Below, piece by piece: positions 24,674 to 37,865 of a DNA stretch of 64,000 nt. Below the pieces are notes generated by a model. That model was not told the DNA's origin. It saw nothing but the letters and a program-made list of their open reading frames with translations, and searched no databases. The position numbers and the translations under genes are program-made. Numbering within the stretch: the first letter of the stretch is position 1; each line of letters begins with the position of its first letter. Source of the DNA: Camelus ferus (Eukaryota); assembly GCF_009834535.1 (NCBI RefSeq), contig NC_045697.1, forward strand, positions 6,822,001 through 6,886,000. The letters are read 5' to 3'.

Positions 24674-26784
24674 CCTTAGGCTACTGGAGGTCTAATCAAA
24701 TCTAGAAATGATTTTGAAAAATTAGACGTAATGATTTATTGTCAGAAGAACTTAGAGAGGATGACTGCAAATACCTCCCTCATAAAATTTTCCAAGTAAA
24801 ACTTTTCCCTCACATCTCTAGTTTGGGGGAGATGGTGTGGCTTGTTGGAGGCCACAAGCTTTATTTCCTATGCAGGGTGCCATTCTTCCAAAGAAAATTG
24901 TGACTGTCTCCTTTATTTTGTGGGTGTTGAACCTGGAAGAGAGCTCAAGTCTCCTCCACTTCAGACTCCTTAGTTGACTAATAAGGAAAATGAGCCCAAA
25001 GAAGGGACAAAAATATGCTGAAGGTCACACTATTTCCTCTTAACTGCTCCCACTTAACTTGCTTCAAACTCTTTGAAAAATATTATAAAATTAATACTCT
25101 TATTATTTCTTAAAATTACTAAATTTCTGCAACTCTCATTTGGTGGCTCCATGACCGGTTTAATAAAATATTCCCAGAATAACAATATTCCATTAGGTGG
25201 TTAAGATTTTTTTCAGAATGCAGTGCAATATGTCTGTATTTCATTTTCCACTATATCTGGAATCCTCTGGATTTTCTTTTCCTTCTCATGGACTCCACTG
25301 AATTCTCAAAGATAGCTGAACAATTTACTGCTCCCATATAATTTCATATTCCTCTGCAGAGATAACACAGCAATTATCTTGACTGGAATTGTACTGGGAG
25401 TCTACTTGCATTGCACATTTGTTTTTTCTGGTTTTTTTTTTTTCTCTTAGTAAAGAGTCTTGTATTTGGTAGAATACATAGAGGCATTGCAAAATTATTT
25501 ACTTCTTCAAAACTTTTTTAGTGCTCAACATCTATGATTAATCTCCAAGATTGCCATATTCTGTTCCTCTACACTCCACCTTCACTTAGATAGAAGGACT
25601 TGCATTTATGCACACATCACCAGTCTCGCTGGACTTGTTCTGTCTGACGCATCCTTAAACCTCTGAGTTCATGACAATGAAGTCCCTATGTCCATGAAAA
25701 GGGAAGAACTTCTGATTTGAAACCAGCAAAATGCAGGTGTTATTTTTAAGGCTTCACTGACCAGGTAGAAACAAAATTTCTCCTGGTTGAAATGGAAATA
25801 AAGAGGGAACTTGGAGAAGAAAGGGGGTCCTGGAACTTAAATACATTCAGCTGAAGGGGTGCAATGAATACATAATCAGGAAAAAGGACTGGACCAGCAC
25901 TCTAGGGTACAGACTCTTGCACTGAACTGAGCAGAGCTTGCCGTCTTTCTGAATGACTCGCATTTATTATATGTGTGTGATTCTCATAGGAAGAGCTCAG
26001 GTACCACGTACACTTATACAAAATGTAAGGTGCAGGCAAAATCGGGCTTTTCCAAAAGCACTAAGTCAAAAGAAAGGAAAAGGCTGAATCAGAAGAGAGA
26101 AGGGACTACAGATGTGCAAGTTCTCAAGGGCCCCAAACCCTTGCAGAAACCCATTAAGACCCACACCCCGTAGCTCCCTAGGCCTCCAGCAGCTCTCCAG
26201 CCAGACCAGTTTGCACCTGATGTAATGTTTCACTGGGATACTGACTTGAATTTTATTCTTTTTTCTTGCTGTGTTTTTCCTCCCCTTGGTTTAGGCCCTT
26301 GGACCACTCTTTTTTGAGGCAGTTGATGCTGTAAGACTAAAAGCAAAATTGTCTAAAGTTAACTTTCTTTTCTAGCATCCGCCTTTGAACAAAAACAAAA
26401 GCACATGTCCTCCCCTTGGCCTGGGGGCATAAAGGATCCTCAGGAAAGACAGATTGAAAATTGATGCCTGTTCCAAGACCATGAGGGGCTAATGTTCAGG
26501 TTTCAACCGACTGGAAGAAACCATTGTAACCTCTCCTACGTGTTTGTGAGGGAAGATTCCTCGTCTCCATATGTTCTTTATCCACTCCTTGCTTTCACTC
26601 CACGCTCTACCCCAACATCGCAGTGTCTTCTGTGGTCTACCCTGAACCTCACTGATCCTGAACCACCCTACAAGATCCAGGAAGACCTGTGCTTTGGGAA
26701 TTGAAGGGTTCTAGGGAACACTCGATCCATATATTTAACTTCCAGTGAACAGAGACCCTTGCCCACTTATCCAGGATCATATAG

Positions 26785-27148
26785 CGTCTTGGTCCATTCC
26801 GGTTGCTACAGCAAAATACCCGAGACTGGGAGGGATATAAACAACACAGCACGTTTCTCACAATTCAGGAGACTTGCTGTCTGAGATCAGGGTGCTGGCA
26901 GGTTTAGGTTCTGGTGAAAGCCTGCTTCCACACTGCTGACAGCTGACTTCCCTTTGTATCCTCACCTGGTGAAAAGAGGGTAAGAAATCTCTCTGGGGTC
27001 CTTTCATAAAGGTGTTCATCCATTCATGGCTATTCCACTCCCATGACCTAATCAAGCCCCAAAGTCCCCACCTCCTAATATCATCACATTGGATGTTAGG
27101 ATTTCAACATACGAATTTTAGGGGAACAGAAACATCCAATCCTTTGCA
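26785..27148 (-). mobile_element. MaLR solo LTR, MLT1A-like
   Basis: gtcttggtccattcc...gagatcagggtgctggcaggtttaggttctggtga...ccccacctcctaatatcatcacattgg...ttaggatttcaacatacgaatttt. Confidence 0.87.
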
Positions 27149-27709
27149 CAGGACCACCTACTTAATTGCAGACTTCAGACTACATCCCCAGTTTCTCAGT
27201 TCTCTCCAGGACGTATATCATAACGTATTCCCGGCGTGAATGGCAAGCCCTTCGAGGAGATGTAAGGTTCTGTTCCATATCTTCTGCTGAGTGAGCCCAG
27301 GCATTGTGCGATGCACTGGGGAGTGAAAAACCACTGCCCTGCTGGGAACTGAGCTGTTGAAGTTGTCTATCCAAGACTCTGGTCAATGCCACCACCAGGG
27401 TCAGCACCCACTTCTGTCTTGTCCCTCTGTCTAGGTCTCCTTTTCCCCTATCCCTCCACGTTCTGATAATGAGCAGGCCCACTTATTTTCATGGAAGACC
27501 TGGACTGTGCCTTATTCACTGTTGTGCTAATCATACTGCCCGGCACATTCTCTGGCCAGTAGAGTTTTCTTCTTAAAAGCTTGGCAAGGGAGATCTTGAG
27601 AAAAGTGTTTAAATGTATCTACATCTCTGATTGCATTCCCGAATGATAATCTGGATAACGAAATGTCTCAAAATGTTTGAAAAGCTGTCCTATGACACAA
27701 AATACTTAG

Positions 27710-27920
27710 AGAAGTTCCTAACTTTTAGTGAGCACTAACCATGCATCAGGTCAGATGGTAAATCCTTCACCTGGATTATCTCATTTAATCTTCACAACAA
27801 CCTTACTCGATAGATATCTTTGTTACCCTCTCTTTACCGAAGAAGCTGAGACACAGGAAAGTAAAATAAACTTGCTCACTCACACTCAGCAGTGGGAAAT
27901 CCCAGACTTGTTCTGCACTG
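27710..27920 (-). mobile_element. MIR SINE
   Basis: ggattatctcatttaatcttcacaacaacc...gaagaagctgagacacag...cttgctc. Confidence 0.75.
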
Positions 27921-27969
27921 AACTAAACACAGAGGTAGAACATGAATTGAGAATTGAAAACCTCAGGGA

Positions 27970-28165
27970 TTAAGATTTTAGCTTCAAGGAAAAGAAAGTT
28001 TCCACCTGTTAGAGCTGGTTTGAGGAGGAATCAGCTCTGCCTCCCTGGGCATAATTTATAATTTCAGGCTGGAAAATTATTGGACAGTCACAATATGGAG
28101 GAGTTCAAGTCCAAGGATGTTTGAACATTTAAAAGATGCTTTTCAGTCCTAACATGTTTTGATTT
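27970..28165 (+). mobile_element. CR1/L3 LINE 3' fragment
   Basis: agattttagcttcaaggaaaagaaagttt...agagctg...ttcaggctgga...ttttcagtcctaacatgttttgatt. Confidence 0.5.
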
Positions 28166-29263
28166 CTTGACGCCATCATATACATTTATGTTTCTTTCTC
28201 ATCTATGTTTTGTGTGCTGTTTTCTTAGCCAGCCACACCACCTCTGTGTTTATAGGCTCCATTTTGTTCATTAGCTCACAAAGGGAAGGGTCACGCCTGC
28301 TATCTGCTGCCGTCTCACATAAACACCAACTATTTTGTTGTTCTTGCTTTGAAAAACAAAGCTGAGTTTGGTTTAGAAACAGAAAATGATTTTCAGAGAA
28401 GCAAACACAAAGGTCTCTGGAAGCCACAAAACATGAGCTGGAGGCTCGGGAAGAAGCTATCTCATGGTTTCCTTTTCATCGTGTTGCTTTAGTCCTGCCT
28501 TTTCTGTTCCCCTGAGATGCTGTCCTGCCCCCTGTCCCTGGCAGCAAACTTCTGAGTGTGATAGATGTGTTGTTCTTCCCTGGACTTCTTGGGAGTGGCC
28601 AGAGGCCAATACCCATTCAAAGCGGGGATCTTTTGGCTCCATTCACTTCAGCAGTTCCCCTCGGTTTGACCTCCTCTCAGGAAAGGACCAATTAATCAGG
28701 GCACAAAAAGCTATGGATGGCGCCACCTAATGAACCCGTGAACTGCCTGAGCCTCCCAAGAACAACTGTTAAGACCCCTCTGATGAAATTAAACAGAGTG
28801 ATGTACAGTGGTGTCCTCTCTTACTGGAGGAAAGCGGGTTGGAGAGAGATCCCATTCTGTACAGAACCTCAACTTTATTTCAAGCAGCAGATTCCAGACC
28901 CTGATGAGCAGATTTCCCTGCCACTGCAGCCCTTCTGTCTGTGCTCTGAAGGAAGCTTGCTTCCTGGCTGGAACTTCATGTTGCTTCAGGGAACCAGATC
29001 CTAAAGCACTCATGGCTTCTAAGCATGTCCGTTTACACCCCTACCCCCACTACAGGCTGCTAGCAAAAGGAATCTCAGTCAGGTCAGCCCTTTCTGAACT
29101 AGTTCTTAAATTCCTCTGCTGCCTTAATTGGGGAAATCATAATAGCAAATGTTGATAGAGTTCATATAAGACATTGCCTCAATGACTAGGACCTGACACA
29201 TTTTGAGCAATGAACATCTATTACATAATTCTGTAGGTCGGGACTTTTAGCCTGATTTTTTAA

Positions 29264-29836
29264 AAAAATTTTTTCGTTGAAGTATAGTCAGCTTGCAATG
29301 TTGTGTCAATTTCCTGTGCACAGCATAATGTTTCAGTCAAACATATACATACATATATTTGTTTTCACTCTCTCACACTATACACAAAATTAAACTCAAA
29401 ATAGCTTAAAGACTTAACCATAAGACAAGATGCTATAAACCTCCTAGAAGAAAATATAGGCAAAACATTTTCTGACATAAATCTTAGCAATGTTCTCCTA
29501 GGGCAACCTACCCATGCAATAGAAATAAAAGCAAAAATAAACAAATAATTAAACTTACAAGTTTTACACAGCAAAGGAAACCGTAAGTAAAACAAAAAGA
29601 CAACCTGAGGAATGGGAGAAAAGTTTTGCAAATGATGCGATTGACAAGGGCTTAATTTCTCGAATATATAAACAGCTCATACAGCTTAATAACAAAAAAC
29701 ATACAACCCAATCCAAAAATGGGTAGAAGATTTAAACAAGCAATTTTCCAATGAAGACATACAAGTGGCCACTAGGCACATGAAAAAATGTTCAGTATTG
29801 CTAATTATCAGAAAAATGCAAATCAAGACTACAATA
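29264..29836 (-). mobile_element. 5'-inverted (twin-primed) L1 insertion inside a MIR
   Basis: Minus-strand L1 3' end 29264-29366 fused to a plus-strand ORF2 C-terminal segment 29367-29836; TSD agcctgattttttaa / agcctaatttttaa. Confidence 0.88.
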
Positions 29837-32800
29837 AGCCTAATTTTTAAGTGAGGAAACTAAAGCATATCAAAATTATATGACTTTCCTGAGGCGACAG
29901 AACTGCTTTGGTTGATTGATTGATTGATTACTGATGATTGGATCTCACAGGTACGTTTATTCATGCACGAAGGCAGTGGCATGTCTACAAGTCTACACGA
30001 TATCGCATGTTCCCATCCAAGACAGCCAGACTGACATTCCATCCACCTAAAGCTGTTTAATGGTGACCATGAGCAGGTGCAGGACTGGATGCTTTTAAGA
30101 CTTTACTCATATTATCAGCAGTCCTGATTTTATAAACATTGAAGTCCATCAACCCCATTCCTATCCAAATCTCCTGGTAAACGTGGATATGGTAGGGCTT
30201 TGTGGGGATCCAAACATTCTTAATAGGGCTTTGAAGCATCTTGGTTCCAGATCAGTGGCTCAGGCAGCTCCAACCCACAACCAACACCTGGGAAAGGTCA
30301 CTGAGAACTGCTTTTAGAAAAAGGATTTGAACTCAGGCTCTTTATCTCCCAATGTTGTGCCACAAATTGTTTCATATTGCACCACCTCCTGTGATGTGGC
30401 CCATCCTAGCCTTAGACGGTGGGATACCTTCTTGTATTTTCTTCCTGTATTTCATGTCTTACTTGCAGTCTTATCTGCATATTGGATACTGATCTTGAGA
30501 GTAGCCCCAAGTAGATATATTCCAGTCCCAAAGGCTGGTAGGTACCAGAAGGGCCACGAATGGATGGACAGTGCTATTTATCTGGCATCACTGTAGACAC
30601 GATGTGACTTTTCTTCAGGCAAGGGAATTTCACCTGCTGAAACTAGGTCTACAGAAAAACTTTCAAGCACCTAAGTTCATTTAAACATGTGGCCCGACAC
30701 ATATATGCACCTTCCTTGATGGTCTGAGTAGTAATCTTCAAAATGAATGACTGCTGCAACAGAATGGAACGAAGATGACAGGTGCAACTATGGAGGGCAG
30801 AGTGCCGGGCTTTGCCTTAAATGACACAAGATTATTGAAGTTTTTAGTACTACTATTATTGTTAATGTCAGAAATTCTTGTCTTTTATTATTTTCAGTTT
30901 CCTGCCTTCTTCCTTACTCTTGGGCTGGTGTGAGTCCTTTACCTTCCCTTGAATTGTCACACATTGTTTTGGATCTGTTGTAGGAAAGCACATAGCTAAG
31001 ATGGTTTAAATTTGGAACAAATGCGTATTGCTTGTGGGGAACACAGGATGGGCAAGCCCCTGAGGGACTTAATAATCAGGGTGACGATAAATAAAACATG
31101 ATATGTGAAATAAAATGTGATCATTTGCCTTGGTAGGAATAGAAATTAAGCTCACTGGCACAAAGAACCTTATTAGATATATTCCTTCACCAGCATGCTT
31201 ACTATTGGTGAAACATCAAGTTTTCCTCTAAGACCACATCAAACTTAATTTCCAGAGGTTCTGTGTTTCTCTTTTGCTGAAGAGTTGGAGGAATGATCCT
31301 CTCCTCATGAAAAATGGTTTTCTTAACTTACTCAGAGCTATTATATCAGCTTGGATGGGCTCACCTTGTACTCCTACCCAAACCTTGAAAATCATCTCTA
31401 TGGTGAATCACCTGTTAGTGAGAAGAACACATATTGTCCTTAAGTGTTTTCTCTGGAGAAACAAAGACTGGAGACCACTTTGTAAGAAGCAATGTGATAT
31501 GATAGGGTTTGCACTTATTTGAATATTATATGGGCCAGTTCTGTTACTCTGATGACTTTTTGATGTGTAAACTCCATTAAAATCCCCAGGAAGTGAAATA
31601 CTAAATCTAGGGGCCAAGGTAAAGGAATTTTTCAGGTGTGTTTAAAGTTTCTCATCAGTTGATGTTTAAATCCATCAAAAAGGGAGATTGTCATCAGTGA
31701 CCCTGTCCTAATCAGAGAAGTCCAGCCCAGATATTCTAAACAGTTTGTATCCAAGGGGTTCCTGCCCACTTGTGCTCTTTCCTGCTGGTTCTGCTTCTCT
31801 GGTTGAACCATGAATGATACAACTATTTAATAGTTAGAGAACAAGACTGCTGACCGCCCAGGTTTTGGTTTCTAATTTAGGAGCTAGAGATTTGTGATGA
31901 TAAACAATCCTATTTTGGGGCTTCCAGGCACTGGGTAGGTTGTAAACAAATAAAAATTGGAATCATAGTAGTTCAAGGTCAGGAAGCCAGGAAGAAGTGA
32001 AAGATATTCCAGTCTAAAATTTTCAACTTGCTCAGTGGACTTTAAGTGAGATGAGTGCAATTTTCCCTAACGGAGAGAATAAAATTAAGTACATATAACT
32101 CCTCTAGGGGAAAACAAATTTTTTCCCCTTAAGAACAACATTATATTCCCTGATTTCATTTTGATATCCAGAGGAGACTATGTGCCAAACACACCTGAAG
32201 ACTTCACTGAGACCTTGCCTGCTGGATTGGATTTTTAATGAAGAAAGGGTAGATTTATTTCTTTTTTCTATTAGAAAATTGTCTCAGACTCTCAAATATA
32301 ACAGATACAATTGAAAAAAAAAAAACCAAGGACAGCTGAGTAAGGGACTGGGGCACATTCATGGGCAAAGGTCACTGCCTACGTGAAACTAACTTTAGTA
32401 TTTAACCACCTCTGGCCGAGTTGTATTCTAGATCCTTGAGCCTCTTGGATATGTGACTTAAAACATGTTAGATGTCAGTATATTGAAATGATTATTTAGG
32501 CAAATTGGGTCTAAGATGTTATGTATTAGACTACTTTCTCTAAGAGTATCTTAAAAACTAAGGCAAATGGCTATTTTAATCAGTTGTGAACCGTGTTATG
32601 GAATGAGCAGCACCTTTAGGTCTAGGGGTGGTACCATACCCACCCCCTAGTCATTCTTAAGTCCTTTTTTGACCAAAGCAGTAGTTAGAAGTGTAATTAA
32701 CATTAAAAGATTAAGTACATGGAATCTACGACAGTGTAGAGACTCACAGAGTCATGCACTCAATTATAAAACCATTCATTTATGCAAAAATAAACAAGTC

Positions 32801-33039
32801 CAAAGAAAGCAGGTAACATGTTCACAGCTTGTGGAGTGAAGACATGAGGCAGGGGTTGGGGGGAGGTGACAGATGGCATCACCTACAAAGGAGGCAATTG
32901 AATTTGAGAGACGTTCTTTCCACGTGTAGTTAGGTCTAGATGTTGGCATGATACAAAGCTTCCTGGCAAACTTGTTGCTCTCTGAATTGTGAGACCCATG
33001 CTAGTTCTCCAACACACGCACTGATGGAGGCGGGGTCGG

Positions 33040-33725
33040 GTCCGCAGGGTGCGAGGGCTGGCCCTGGAGCAAACTGCTTGGGTTCGACTTCTATTCACCC
33101 TTACCAGCTGCATCACACTGGGTACCATCCTGTGCTTTAATATCTTCATCTGTAAATTGAAGATAATGGCATTTCCATCATATGATGGGTTGATGAGAGA
33201 ATTTAAGGTTGAAAGTATTTTGAACAAACTTGGCCCATTAGTAAAAATGAATGAAGTAATGCCATTACAACAACATGGACGGACCTGGAGATTATCATAG
33301 AAAGTGACGTGAAAGACAGAGAAAGACCAACACCACATGGTATCACTTATAATGTGAAATCTAAAGACATGACACAAATGAACTTATTTACAAAACAGAA
33401 ACTCCCAGACATAGAAAACAAACTTACGGTTACCAAAGAGGAAAGGAGAGGGAGGGATAAATTAGAAGTTTGGGATTTGCAGATAATAACTACTACATAT
33501 AAAATAGATAAACAACAAGGTCCCACTGTATAGTGCAGGGAACTATATTCAGTATCTTTTAATAACCTATGATGAAAAAGAATATGAAAAAGTATGTATA
33601 TATTATATAACAGAATTACTATGCTGTATACAGGAAATTAACACAACATTTAAATCGACTATACTTCAATAAAAAAATTGGCCTATTATTTGTAGGTCCT
33701 CAGTAAATGTTAGTTTACTATTATA
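33040..33725 (+). mobile_element. MIR SINE split by an L1 3' end
   Basis: ttgggttcgacttc...ttaccagctg...cttcatctgtaaattgaagataat; tail taggtcctcagtaaatgttagtttactatta resumes after the L1. Confidence 0.75.
33241..33673 (+). mobile_element. Artiodactyl-type L1 3' end (5'-truncated)
   Basis: aacatggacggacctggagattatcata...ttatttacaaaacagaa...cgactatacttcaataaaaa; TSD aaacttggcccatta (33226-33240) / aaaattggcctatta (33674-33688). Confidence 0.9.
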
Positions 33726-35959
33726 ATGTATAATTATTATATATGCAATGTTATATATTATATATGCTGTTGTTGTATTGCATTATTATACTTGAATGTT
33801 ATATAAACAAGAGGAAGTCAAAGCGTAATTCCCTGCTGAGACTGCAATGGTGAAAGTCATCAAGGTGAGAACAGGTGTCCTAGGCTTGTGCTTTGCAGGT
33901 AACTCCCTGCCATGACCTGAATTAACAAAAGCAAAACAAAACCGAAAAATTGGCTGTCTTACACTCCACCACAAACCGTCTTTTGTTCCTGGTCTCTCTC
34001 CTGAGCCCTTAGAACTGAGAATCCCTGCTGGGAGTGGAAGGTTCTAATAAAAAGGCAGTGGAGTTAAAGCAAGACATCATCCCGGCCTGGCCACAAACCT
34101 GGGTGAGATTTGGGAACAGCTGGAACGATTTGTAAGTTTGCTTGCATGGCGAGAAAAGTGTCCTGCAGAAGTCTGGGAAGGGCGCACCATCTGTTTAAGG
34201 TTAAACTTCAACTAGCATTTGTCTTGTAAGCAATTCTTGCACATTTTATTTTCCTCCCCATACATGGTTCAGTACTAAATATGAGATAGCTGGGATGAGA
34301 AGCGATGGCTCAGAGAAGCAGTGTTTTCCCAGGTCTGTGTCTGCAGCCATATACCTGTGGCCCCAAATGAAAGAGGAGTCCAGGCCTTAGTTCTGGACCA
34401 TCCATGGCTCTAGCCCTAAACACAGCTATCTACCTCTCACCTATGACCTTTCCAAATATTAATTTTTCAGCTACTTTCCCATTTTCAGTGTACTTTATTT
34501 TTCAGACTGAGCACTAAATACCATTTCCCTTGGTCCAGATTGATTCTGATTTATCAGAATTCTGGTCCCAAATCCCTCAGTCTTCAAGTAAAACTTCTCC
34601 CAGGTAGATTTGAAACCTAAATCCTATTACCCAAAACCCTGACATGTAGATGGGGTCTCATTGGCTTTCTCTGGACCTGGGGTCAGGAATCAATTACTTG
34701 CTAATTGTTAACATGAATATTAAACCCCACATCTTCTGATGTCCTTAGTCAGAACAGAAAAATTTCCTGGGAAATAGCTTCAATTAAAAAAAAAAAAAAG
34801 CTTAATTCTTCCTGATCTAATGTGTTTCCCAAGAGTAGCTTGTGGACTTGATTCACATGTCTTAGGAATGTTGGAACTGGATGATTTCTTTGGTTTATAC
34901 CAGAGAATAGATTTTGAGTTGTTATCCTGAAAGAGGAAAGACAAACAAAAGTTAGATTCTGGGGAGGGCACAGATTAAGCACCAGAGAAGAGAAAAACTT
35001 GTCATTCAAAAGCAGCATTGGACACAAGTCAATGTGCTTAGGATGTTAAAACCCAAGTCTGAGGGAGGAAATTCCAGGGTCACCAGTGAGTGGATTAAAA
35101 ATGGAACAACAAGGAGAGACTGGAGAGTATCTGAGCAGTAATGGCTGCTGGGAGCCTCACTTGACCACAGTATTCTCCTGGGTTAAGATCTGCCAATCAG
35201 GGTGTCACTGTTGCTTCAAGGTCACCACTATCAGAGAATAATATCTGATTCCTTTCAGTATTTATAGTCTCTGTTATGTGACTTTAGGGGACAAGCAAAA
35301 GGGAAGGGAGCTATTGCTTTCCATATACTAGATACATTTCCAAGTGAATTTCATTTAATTCCCCTTACAATCTTTCCAGATTGTTATTCTGTATTTACAT
35401 TCATGTATAATGCATGTGTACATATATCATATATTTTTGTTTAGAAATAGACATAAATTCATGTATTAAGTGACTGGGGTTTTGAGCTCAAAGTCAGTCT
35501 GACTCTTAACATCGTAAGCTCTTCCCTCTTCAACATCCCGCTGCCCACTCTGGAAATCAGGAGGTGGGAACTGGCAATAGGAAATGATGCTCAGTTACCA
35601 TCGGATGGGCTGCGAGGGATCCGTGAGGACCCTTGTACATAGCAGTGAAAGTGCAAACCGCTCACATGACACTGATGACATGATTCAGGAAAAGTTGGCA
35701 AAGTGTCTGCCACCACAAGGCTTCCCCAAAATGTGCCCAGACTTGGCCATAATTACTGATTCCCAGGAAGATTACTTGGGCTGTCAGCTCACAGAACTGT
35801 CTTCTGCAAGTTCCCTAATATCTTAATTTCAATTTGTGTGGAAGGCAGAGTAGACTACCTTCTCTCAAAGGGTCTTTAAGTAAATTAGTGCTTATTACCC
35901 TGCGATGACATGCATTTTGCTCATAATAAATGAATACTGAGATGCTGAGCAGTGTTCTG

Positions 35960-36330
35960 CTGCCAGGATTTTTCAAGGTTCCCAACGCCAGCGTCCCAGC
36001 CCATTGTGAACGCTGCTGCTTCAGTCAGGTTGTTCCCTGCTCTGATGCTCCCCATCACGTGTCATGGACCTCACTGCTCTCCTCTCCACTTCCCGTCTGT
36101 TACTACTCCTCCCTGTGCTCTTTCCAACCTGAGTCTCTAGCTACACAATGATTTTATCCAACTAGTCTCTCCATCGGCCTTTCAGATCTGTGTCACTCTT
36201 GCCCCCATACCTCTGCATGTGTTGTTGCTGCCTCTCCTACTTATCCAAATCCAATATGCTCCTTTGAAGGAGCATGACCCCTCCTTCCTTTCTGCTCTTC
36301 TGTTTAGAACCAGTGACCTTAAAATTTGTC
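35960..36330 (+). mobile_element. L2 LINE fragment
   Basis: tactactcctccctgtgctctttcc...tcactcttgccccc...cttatccaaatcc...tccttcctttctgctct. Confidence 0.5.
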
Positions 36331-36389
36331 TTAAACCATATAGAGATAGATGTGATACAGATGTAGATATAGATTCTAGATCTACATAT

Positions 36390-36733
36390 AGGAAGTCAGC
36401 TGTCGTGTCATAAGGGAACTCTGCCAGCCTTAAAGAGACATCCCAGTGGCAAGGAAAGGGGACCTCTGCTAAGTGCCAACACAGACGTGCCAGCCACGAA
36501 GGGCAGCTGCCGCCTCGGAACCAGATCCTCCAACCCCAGCCAACAGTTTGGATGACTGCAGCCCCAGCTGACACCCCACTGAATCCTTACGGGAAATTCT
36601 GAGTCAGAACCACCCAGCTAAGTGTCCCCAAGTTCCTGACTCACAGAAACTGTATGACATAATAAGTGTTCATTGTGTTTTCAAACTGCTAACTGTCATG
36701 GTGATGCATACACAGCCATAGATGACAGATACA
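36390..36733 (+). mobile_element. MaLR LTR 3' part, MLT1F-like
   Basis: gatcctccaaccccagcc...gatgactgcagccccagctgaca...cagaaccacccagctaag...cctgactcacagaaactgt...gataca. Confidence 0.8.
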
Positions 36734-37481
36734 ACTGTCTAGCATTAATTAGGGTTAATGTGTGGTAAACACCTCGCCGACTGCTCCACCCACTTCACTG
36801 TATTCATCCTCACTCCACTTCAGTAAAGAATTTCCACATCTTATGTCCATTTTCCAGATGTGGATACAGGACCTAGAGATGTTACGCCACCTGTGCACGG
36901 TCACACTGGTAGGAGGTGCTAGAGTCAGAATCCACAGTGGCCCCGGCAAAGCCGAGGTGGTGGGAAGCAGACGCTTGCCCACCTTCCAATGCTGTAACGT
37001 AGCCATACTGGGGGCTTAAAGGCCATACAACTTTTTCTGCCAAACTCTGCTTCACACTCTTATTCCTGCCTTCTAGTTCAAAGTGAGCATTTTGAAAGCA
37101 ACATGGCTTCTTACATCCCCTTTCTCTCATTTAATGTTTGCTCAGCCGAGTTTGTGACATGCCTGAGGTTGCACAGGTTAACGAGTGGTCTTGTGAGACT
37201 CCTCCTCTGCGAGTGTTTCCCTCACACTTTTGAAAGTGCAGAACAGACCATGTTGCAAAGTATAAGATACTATGCAAGCTTTAAACATTTCTCCATGCTG
37301 GGGTCTCTGAGTAACCCCTCAAAAACAGCACAAATCTTCTCCTGCTCAATCTGAGCAATTTCAGACATAAAGCCAGCTTAATAAAGAGGCCAAACAGAAG
37401 CTTTATTGTGGATAGAAGCTGAAGGACTTTGCTTCACGTCGGGGCAAAACAGCTTACTACAAGAAAGGCAGCATCCAGCGA

Positions 37482-37865
37482 CGTCTTAGTTTGGGTTTCT
37501 TCTGAACTGGGGACTCTGACAAGGACTGGGGAGTAGGAAGATTATTTGCAGGGTGATTGCAGGAAGCAGAAATGAGAGTCTGAAAGATGGGAAGAAGGGA
37601 GGTACATCCCCTGGCTCCTCTCCTTCCTGACAGAGTGTTGCCTCCAGGGATGTGGCTCCCTGGCCCCTCTGCTGCACAAGTTTGCTGGTTGGGCAGCTTC
37701 CTGCAGCCCTGGAGAAGTCCCTGAGGCAGAACAAGGACAGACTTGTAACATGCCCTGGAGGGAGGATTCTGCTGCCTGAATCTGAGCTTGAATCACGGCA
37801 GCTACGGCTGCAACGAAAGAGGGGCCAAAAAGATGTGGTGGAAGACACCAAAAACTCCTGCCATG
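37482..37865 (-). mobile_element. ERVL solo LTR (LTR67B/LTR16-group-like), internally deleted
   Basis: gtcttagtttgggtttc...ctgacaaggactgggg...tatttgcagggtgattgcaggaagcag...ggagaagtccctgaggcag. Confidence 0.6.

Noticed and set aside
32883..33533. 164-aa minus-strand ORF and neighbours
   Set aside because: Composed largely of antisense L1 3'UTR and MIR sequence
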